DNA from: a virus
Length of the DNA: 48,795 nucleotides
Direction: 5' to 3' (one strand)
Virus record (IMG/VR): IMGVR_UViG_3300021057_000015
Positions 43,980 to 48,795 of this stretch are shown here, piece by piece; positions within the stretch are counted from its first letter, which is position 1; the number at the start of each line of letters is the position of its first letter. The notes below the pieces were generated by a model that was not told where the DNA came from, did no database searches, and worked only from the letters and a program-made list of their open reading frames with translations. Position numbers and translations under genes: made by a program.

Positions 43980-44330
43980 ATGACCATCGATATCGCCCCC
44001 AGCCCCACCACCGCCGGCCTGTGGTGCGTCACCGCGCACACCGAGGCCGGCGACTGCCACGACTTCTTCAGCTCGAAGGAAGAGGCCGTGGCCTTCGCCC
44101 AGAGCTTCTACGGCGGCCAGCTCGTCGCCGTCCAGGCCATCCCCGCCACCACCGACGAGCGCTGCGATTACTACGGCGCCACCGAGCGCGGCTGCGGCTG
44201 CCCGGACGCCGAGCAGCGCGACGGCGGCAGCTACCTGATGGAAGACGGCACGCGGGCCTGCAAGCACCGGGCTCACCGCATCGCCCAGGCCAAGGCCGCC
44301 ACCAAGCAGACTCAGAAAGCGTGCGCCTGA
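43980..44330 (+). CDS. Early protein, Cys-rich (116 aa)
   Basis: AAGGAG RBS. Contains CxxxC...CGC and is rich in Ala/Gln/Lys. Confidence 0.55.
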   Translation: MTIDIAPSPTTAGLWCVTAHTEAGDCHDFFSSKEEAVAFAQSFYGGQLVAVQAIPATTDERCDYYGATERGCGCPDAEQRDGGSYLMEDGTRACKHRAHRIAQAKAATKQTQKACA

Positions 44331-44333
44331 GCC

Positions 44334-44597
44334 ATGACGACCCCGACCACCCTCACGCCCGACGCCCACGAAACTGCCATCAACGTCCTGCATTCGGCCG
44401 ACCTGGGGACCTGGAAGCCTTACGGCTGGGTCCCGGGCTGGCTGGGCCGGCAGGACATCCTCAGCCGGATCGAAGACCAGCGCCTCGACCCGCCCGAGTG
44501 CGGAGCCGACTGGGCCGACGACTTCAGCGACCTCGATCCTGATGACCTCGGCGCGGCCTACGACGCCCTCCTCGACGCGGACGGTTTTCTGACCTAA
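44334..44597 (+). CDS. Early protein, strongly acidic (87 aa, net charge about -15); DNA-mimic / anti-restriction candidate
   Basis: Asp/Glu-rich C-terminal half (DWADDFSDLDPDDLGAAYDALLDADGF). A hairpin terminator follows. Confidence 0.55.
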   Translation: MTTPTTLTPDAHETAINVLHSADLGTWKPYGWVPGWLGRQDILSRIEDQRLDPPECGADWADDFSDLDPDDLGAAYDALLDADGFLT

Positions 44598-44610
44598 GCG
44601 CATCGTAACT

Positions 44611-44650
44611 GGCCGGGCAAGTTGTCGCCCGGCCCACCTCCTCAATCTTC
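44611..44650 (+). terminator. Hairpin GGCCGGGC-aagttgtc-GCCCGGCC with a downstream T-containing tract, ending the first two-gene early transcription unit
   Basis: 8-bp perfect stem right after the stop at 44597. It is followed by an AT-rich segment (about 44650-44800) that could hold an internal promoter. Confidence 0.4.
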
Positions 44651-45404
44651 TATCTCGATCGTAAAACTCATATCCGAAAGAGGCAATCCTAAAATGTGCA
44701 ATTTAAACGAAAATTCACAATATTCCGCAATTATCTTGCCTGATTCAAGCTATTTCGTCCCCGTTTCAGCTCGGAAAAATTCGGGATATCCCCCGGATCG
44801 AGCTCCCGAAAAAACAGCCGCCAGCGCAGATGCCGCAAGCGTTTCGGCAGCTTCCCCCGATCAGGCCAAAACCGCCCAGCCGGACGAAAAGCAGGACCCC
44901 GCCATCGGGCAGATCGTCACTCCCGCTGAGCCCGCTTACCCGATTTTCTTTCCGACCTATACCCCCGTCGACACCGGCTATCGGCGGGATTGGTGGTGGT
45001 ACGACCCGAGCCTGAGCCCCGAGGATGTAGGCTCCTTCGCCAGCCGGGCCGAGGCCGTTGCGGACTGGGCGTTTACGCACTTCGAAGCCCAGATGCAATC
45101 CGACCTGAAAGCCCTGGATATCGCGCTCGGCTCGCCGCTGCTGGCCGCTCCCGAGCCTGACCCGGCCTATCTGGTCCAGCAGCTCGACGCCCTCGACGTG
45201 GCAGCCTTCGAGCCCAAGACGGAATCCGGCCGCGCCCTGCTGGCGCTCAACCTGGCCGAGCGGGTCTTGCAAAAGCACCTGGACGAGGGCTTCGCGGCCG
45301 TGGCCGTGCTCAGCCAGGCCAGCGCCGAGAACCGGGGCCTGTTGGGCGATCTGCTGACGGGTGAGCGCCGGATGGGCGGGCTGGTGCTGGGAGGTCAGGC
45401 ATGA
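44622..45404 (+). CDS. Hypothetical early protein; start uncertain (the tracked ATG lies inside the terminator hairpin, and the first third is AT-rich and probably non-coding)
   Basis: The distal two-thirds have GC-rich protein-like codon usage and contain WWWYDP. The true start is probably downstream of about 44800. Confidence 0.35.
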   Translation: MSPGPPPQSSISIVKLISERGNPKMCNLNENSQYSAIILPDSSYFVPVSARKNSGYPPDRAPEKTAASADAASVSAASPDQAKTAQPDEKQDPAIGQIVTPAEPAYPIFFPTYTPVDTGYRRDWWWYDPSLSPEDVGSFASRAEAVADWAFTHFEAQMQSDLKALDIALGSPLLAAPEPDPAYLVQQLDALDVAAFEPKTESGRALLALNLAERVLQKHLDEGFAAVAVLSQASAENRGLLGDLLTGERRMGGLVLGGQA

Positions 45405-45739
45405 AGTACGACCTTAAGCAGCCTTGCGCTAATTGTCCGTTTCGGACGGACATCCCACCCTTTCTGACACCTGGAAGGGCCAAGGACATCTTGGATACGC
45501 TGACGCGCCAGCAGGGAACCTTCACCTGTCACAAAACGGCGCATTCCCTGGTTGGTAAGGGCGGGCAGGAACAGCATTGCGCCGGAGCGATGATTCTCCT
45601 TGAGAAGATTGGTAGGCCCAATCAGATGATGCGAATTGCTGAGCGGCTGCGCATGTACGACCATCGCCAGCTCAATATGGACGCGCCTGTCTTCGATTCA
45701 CCCGCCGACATGCTCGCAGCCATGAAGGGAGGCCGCTGA
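45401..45739 (+). CDS. Cys/His-rich early protein (112 aa)
   Basis: Motifs CANCPF, FTCHKTAH and HCAGAM. Its start overlaps the previous stop. Confidence 0.55.
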   Translation: MKYDLKQPCANCPFRTDIPPFLTPGRAKDILDTLTRQQGTFTCHKTAHSLVGKGGQEQHCAGAMILLEKIGRPNQMMRIAERLRMYDHRQLNMDAPVFDSPADMLAAMKGGR

Positions 45740-45951
45740 TGCCTGTCTATCGAGCCATCACGAACCCGCAGAACAAAACCTTCTTCATGGGTGAGGTCGA
45801 TAACCGCACCTACGAACTGAACCATCGCGGCGGCGGGGTCAGCCGCACCGTCAGCAAACCCCGGCTCTTTCTCCGAATCATGGACAGCATCGGCTATCAG
45901 CTGGTGGAAGACCTGTCTGACTACGTTCTGCCGACCAAGGAGGCCCGCTGA
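45739..45951 (+). CDS. Hypothetical early protein (70 aa)
   Basis: Overlapping stop and start with its neighbour. Confidence 0.5.
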   Translation: MPVYRAITNPQNKTFFMGEVDNRTYELNHRGGGVSRTVSKPRLFLRIMDSIGYQLVEDLSDYVLPTKEAR

Positions 45952-46157
45952 TGTTCTTCCACCTACTGATTGCAGCCCTGGCCTTTCTGGCCATCGTTTC
46001 CCGCCGGCCCCGGCCGAGCCGCTCCTTGGTCATCGTGGCCCGGCCGCGCGACCTGGGCGAACTTCCGCCGGCCGGGCTGGCCCTTCCCTCGTTCGTCGAT
46101 CCCGATCGCTACCAACCCTATCGTGTGGAGGTTCCCCGTGGCCAATCTCGTAATTAG
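45951..46157 (+). CDS. Small protein with N-terminal TM helix (68 aa)
   Basis: AAGGAGG RBS. N-terminus MFFHLLIAALAFLAIV. Confidence 0.45.
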   Translation: MFFHLLIAALAFLAIVSRRPRPSRSLVIVARPRDLGELPPAGLALPSFVDPDRYQPYRVEVPRGQSRN

Positions 46158-46353
46158 CTGCCTGCTCTCGATCAATCTTCTGGCTCTGATCGCCCTGCTG
46201 CTGCATCTGCTGGGCCTGCGCCTGGTCCCTGCGGATCCCTTCGCCCTGGCCGGCGGTGGCATGGCCTATCACCCGCAGCTGCTGGTCGAGCTGCAGCGCC
46301 TGGTCAATTCGCGGCGATCTGTCGCGTACTGGTCGGGGGTGCGGCATGGCTAA
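46138..46353 (+). CDS. Small membrane protein (about 71 aa, GTG start)
   Basis: GGAGG before the GTG. Contains LVISCLLSINLLALIALLLHLLGL. It is the tail end of the tracked ORF 45970-46353. Confidence 0.35.
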   Translation: MANLVISCLLSINLLALIALLLHLLGLRLVPADPFALAGGGMAYHPQLLVELQRLVNSRRSVAYWSGVRHG

Positions 46354-46786
46354 TCTGACACTCTATCTTGAGCCTGAAGATGTGCCGCAGCGGCGCCAGC
46401 TGGACGCCACCGTGCTTCAAGACGTGCTGAATGAGCGAATCCGGCAGGACCGGAAATTTGGCCCGCAAAGCCATCCCAACGGCACGGGCGGCCGGGGAAC
46501 CGATGCCCTGGTCCGCATTGCGCGAGAGGAATGCAATCAGGCTTTCGCAGAGGGCCAAGGGACCTGGAAGCATATTCTTGATGAGGAGTTCTGCGAGGCG
46601 CTTGCGGAATCTGACCCTGCGAAACTCCGTAAGGAGCTGATTCAGATTGCTGCAGTTGCCGTCGCCTGGGCCGGTGACCTTGACGCGAAACAAGCCGGCC
46701 TGAACCTGGGCCCAACCGAAGAGGATCGTGCTCATCATCGCGCATTGGCGCAAGCAGAGCTCAAGGAGGGCATGGCTAATGGCTGA
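46346..46786 (+). CDS. Hypothetical early protein (about 146 aa from MANLTLY)
   Basis: Internal Met of ORF 46256-46786. Its ATG overlaps the previous stop. Confidence 0.5.
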   Translation: MANLTLYLEPEDVPQRRQLDATVLQDVLNERIRQDRKFGPQSHPNGTGGRGTDALVRIAREECNQAFAEGQGTWKHILDEEFCEALAESDPAKLRKELIQIAAVAVAWAGDLDAKQAGLNLGPTEEDRAHHRALAQAELKEGMANG

Positions 46787-47588
46787 AGTCACTGACGATA
46801 CCCTGAAAGCCCTGGCCACTGCCCGGCCGGCTTACAAGTGGAAGGTCCAGGAAGCCAAGCAGAACGGCTGTACCTGCGTGGCCTATGTCGATGCCCGGCA
46901 GGTCATGAGCCTGCTGGATGAGGTGGTCGGCCCGGCCAACTGGCAGGACCATTACCGCGAAGTGGCAGGCAATGTCTACTGTGACCTGTCGATCCGCGTC
47001 GGCGACAGCTGGGTGACCAAATCGGATTGCGGCACCGAAAGCAATTTCGAGGCCGAAAAAGGCCAGGCCAGCGATGCCTTCAAGCGGGCTGCCGTCAAAT
47101 GGGGCATCTGTCGCTTCCTGTACGAACTGCCGATCATTCGCATTAAAGAGGTTGTCGAGGCAGGCAAGGACAGCAAGGGCAAGCCGCGCTTTGCGCCAGC
47201 CCACAATGGCCAGCGGATCTGGGACCTGACCGACCATATCCGCAAGCACAAGCTGGATCGCTCAGGCCAGCAGGCCGCCGACAAGCCCACACAGCCGGCG
47301 CAGACTGGAGACAAGAGCCACTTGGCCCGGCCCCTGCCGGCGGCGACCAATCAGCGCGACAACATCCAGGAGCTGTGCGGACAGCTAAATATGGACGGCA
47401 AGGCCTTGCAGGAATGGCTGCGCGGTTACGGCTGGACCTGGAAGGGACTGACCCAGGAGCAGGCTGTTCAGGCCATCGATATGCTGCAGGGGCTGGTCGA
47501 TGCGGATGTTCCGACCGACAGCCCGCTTGGGCAGCAGCTCAGCGCCGAGTTCGAGGCGGACCGCGCAGCCGGGAAGGTGCCGGTATGA
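46779..47588 (+). CDS. Rad52/Sak-family single-strand annealing protein (recombinase)
   Basis: Motifs VAYVDARQVMSLLDEVVGPANWQ and KGQASDAFKRAAVKWGICRFLY resemble the conserved Rad52-like annealing-protein core. About 269 aa from MAEVTDD. Confidence 0.6.
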   Translation: MAEVTDDTLKALATARPAYKWKVQEAKQNGCTCVAYVDARQVMSLLDEVVGPANWQDHYREVAGNVYCDLSIRVGDSWVTKSDCGTESNFEAEKGQASDAFKRAAVKWGICRFLYELPIIRIKEVVEAGKDSKGKPRFAPAHNGQRIWDLTDHIRKHKLDRSGQQAADKPTQPAQTGDKSHLARPLPAATNQRDNIQELCGQLNMDGKALQEWLRGYGWTWKGLTQEQAVQAIDMLQGLVDADVPTDSPLGQQLSAEFEADRAAGKVPV

Positions 47589-47791
47589 CGAGCAGCGGCG
47601 ATGAAACCCTTTATGAGCTGATCGGCCGGCTCCATGATCTGGGCATCGGTCCCCAGACGGTCAACAGCCTGCTGATCAAGGTCAGCGGCCGGGACATGGG
47701 CCGGCTTTACGGCCTGCGCTTTCGCCAGGTTCTGGCCCTGCGGCGCGAGCTGCAGCAGTGGATCACCGCACTCGAGCGGGCCCGGCCATGA
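47585..47791 (+). CDS. Hypothetical early protein (68 aa)
   Basis: Internal Met of ORF 47375-47791. ATGA overlap with the Rad52-like gene. Confidence 0.45.
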   Translation: MTSSGDETLYELIGRLHDLGIGPQTVNSLLIKVSGRDMGRLYGLRFRQVLALRRELQQWITALERARP

Positions 47792-48153
47792 GCCAGCAGT
47801 TGGAGCTGATTTACAGCGTGCCGTGCCTGTTCTGCCAGGGAACGGTTTCGCCGGCTGGCGAGGCCTGGGCCTGCGACCGGGATCAACGGCATACCATGCG
47901 GCCAACGTCGGCCGGGGTCGCTGTCTGGACGGATGGCCTCTGGACCCTGCCGCAGCCCTCCCCGCTGCCGGTCACGGTGACCCGGCCATGCCTGTTCTGT
48001 GGCGGCAACATGGTGCCGACCCGCGACGGCTGGACCTGCAGCCAGGATTTCCGGCATCAGCTCCAGGTCTGGGGCGATCTCGGGCACTGGCGCAGCGGCT
48101 ATCTCCCTCCCATCGAATCCGCCGCCCCGGCCTGGCCGATAGGAGCGCCCTGA
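47788..48153 (+). CDS. Zinc-ribbon protein (121 aa)
   Basis: Two CxFCxG...WxC units (CLFCQG...WACDRD and CLFCGG...WTCSQD). Confidence 0.5.
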   Translation: MSQQLELIYSVPCLFCQGTVSPAGEAWACDRDQRHTMRPTSAGVAVWTDGLWTLPQPSPLPVTVTRPCLFCGGNMVPTRDGWTCSQDFRHQLQVWGDLGHWRSGYLPPIESAAPAWPIGAP

Positions 48154-48154
48154 G

Positions 48155-48795
48155 ATGGCCCGCTGCAAGTCCTGCCAGGCTGAGATCACCTGGATCGCCA
48201 CGATGAGAGGCAAGAAAATGCCCGTCGATGGCGCTGTGACTGAGGCGATTTTCGACGCCGAGAATCATGTCAGCCACTGGGATACCTGCCCTGATGCTGC
48301 CAGCTGGCGCGGCACGGCCAACCCCAAGCCCGGCTTCCGCGAGATCACCCCGGCCAATCCGGTCGAGCCCAAGCCGCTGCGGCTGGATTTCGGCAGCGGC
48401 AAGCCGCCGAGCCCCGAGCAGCTGGCCCTCTGGGCGGCCCGGGCCGCGGCCCATCAGACGCCGGTCGAGATCCTCGAGCGCGTTGGCCGGATCCGCATTG
48501 CCGCGCGCCTGCTGCTGCGGGACGGCTGGCCCAAGGAAGAGTTGCAGGCCATGTTTGGACCTGACGTGCGGTTCCGCGTTACCGACGAGGGCACGGGGAA
48601 AGATTTTCTTGAAAAGCTGAATGTTTTTGACTTTCAGCCTGACGCGCACGGGATCTATACCCTGCGGCCCGAGGTATCCAAAACAAAGATTGTCAAAGGT
48701 CGAGGCTCGTCGTATCGGGGTTCCTGGGGTGATAAAAGTGGGGATCGCATTGTCGAGAGGCCCCCGTCAGAATATCCGCAAAACCTTATCTTGCG
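48155..48795 (+). CDS. Early protein with N-terminal CxxC zinc-binding motif; 3' end outside the window
   Basis: Frame open from ATG 48155 to the window end with no stop (MARCKSCQAEITWIATMRGKKMPVDG...). Not in the track because it is unterminated. Confidence 0.5.
   Translation, partial: MARCKSCQAEITWIATMRGKKMPVDGAVTEAIFDAENHVSHWDTCPDAASWRGTANPKPGFREITPANPVEPKPLRLDFGSGKPPSPEQLALWAARAAAHQTPVEILERVGRIRIAARLLLRDGWPKEELQAMFGPDVRFRVTDEGTGKDFLEKLNVFDFQPDAHGIYTLRPEVSKTKIVKGRGSSYRGSWGDKSGDRIVERPPSEYPQNLIL

Larger units (their letters stand above)
7815..48795. mobile_element. Temperate siphovirus-like phage/prophage genome (ends not in window; the left accessory arm 1-7.8 kb may also belong to it)
   Basis: It contains terminase, portal, capsid, tail, a tape-measure protein, fibres, a replication initiator with iterons, a cI-like repressor and a Rad52-like recombinase in canonical modular order. 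Confidence 0.8.

Noticed and set aside
1-48795. CRISPR arrays, rRNA genes, integrase or excisionase
   Set aside because: No regularly spaced direct repeats with unique spacers and no rRNA-like segments were seen. No tyrosine or serine recombinase signature appears in any ORF, so the integrase presumably lies outside the window. The only repeat array (37921-38100) is an iteron set.

Overview
This 48.8 kb window is high-GC (roughly 60-65%) and is mostly occupied by a temperate siphovirus-like phage or prophage genome, from about 7.8 kb to the right edge and continuing beyond it. Assignments rest on reading motifs and composition in the translated ORFs; no database searches were run. Coordinates of non-coding features are approximate to within a few nt.

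One long leftward (minus-strand) operon runs from about 40.2 kb to about 7.9 kb. In transcription order it carries a regulatory and replication module (a protein with two HTH domains, several small zinc-ribbon proteins, and an initiator gene with origin-like iterons inside it). It then carries small-terminase-like, large-terminase and portal genes, followed by a putative protease/scaffold fusion, a capsid-like protein and head-tail joining proteins. The tail genes follow: major tail protein, chaperone-like genes, a 2274-aa tape-measure protein with an M23 peptidase domain, tail-tip proteins, a Gly-rich fibre, a matrixin-like metalloprotease, a lysis-like cluster and a distal tail fibre. The operon ends at a terminator near 7.85 kb.

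A cI-like HTH repressor gene (43465-43794, minus strand) sits divergent from a rightward early operon (43980 to beyond 48795). That operon encodes small cysteine-rich and acidic proteins and a Rad52-like annealing protein. Between the two arms lie a 1.2 kb highly structured non-coding stretch and two plus-strand morons with near-consensus sigma70 promoters.

Left of the phage late operon (1-7.8 kb) is an accessory region: a multi-zinc-finger repeat protein, an AT-rich two-gene cassette (a 324-aa cytoplasmic protein plus a 208-aa four-TM protein) with its own promoter, operator-like palindrome and terminator, a flotillin-like gene apparently truncated by an IS110-family element, and several small ORFs and hairpins. 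I could not place this region inside or outside the prophage.

No rRNA, no complete tRNA, no CRISPR array and no integrase were seen in the window. The AT-rich two-gene cassette at 1858-3616 is my best candidate for the undescribed system.
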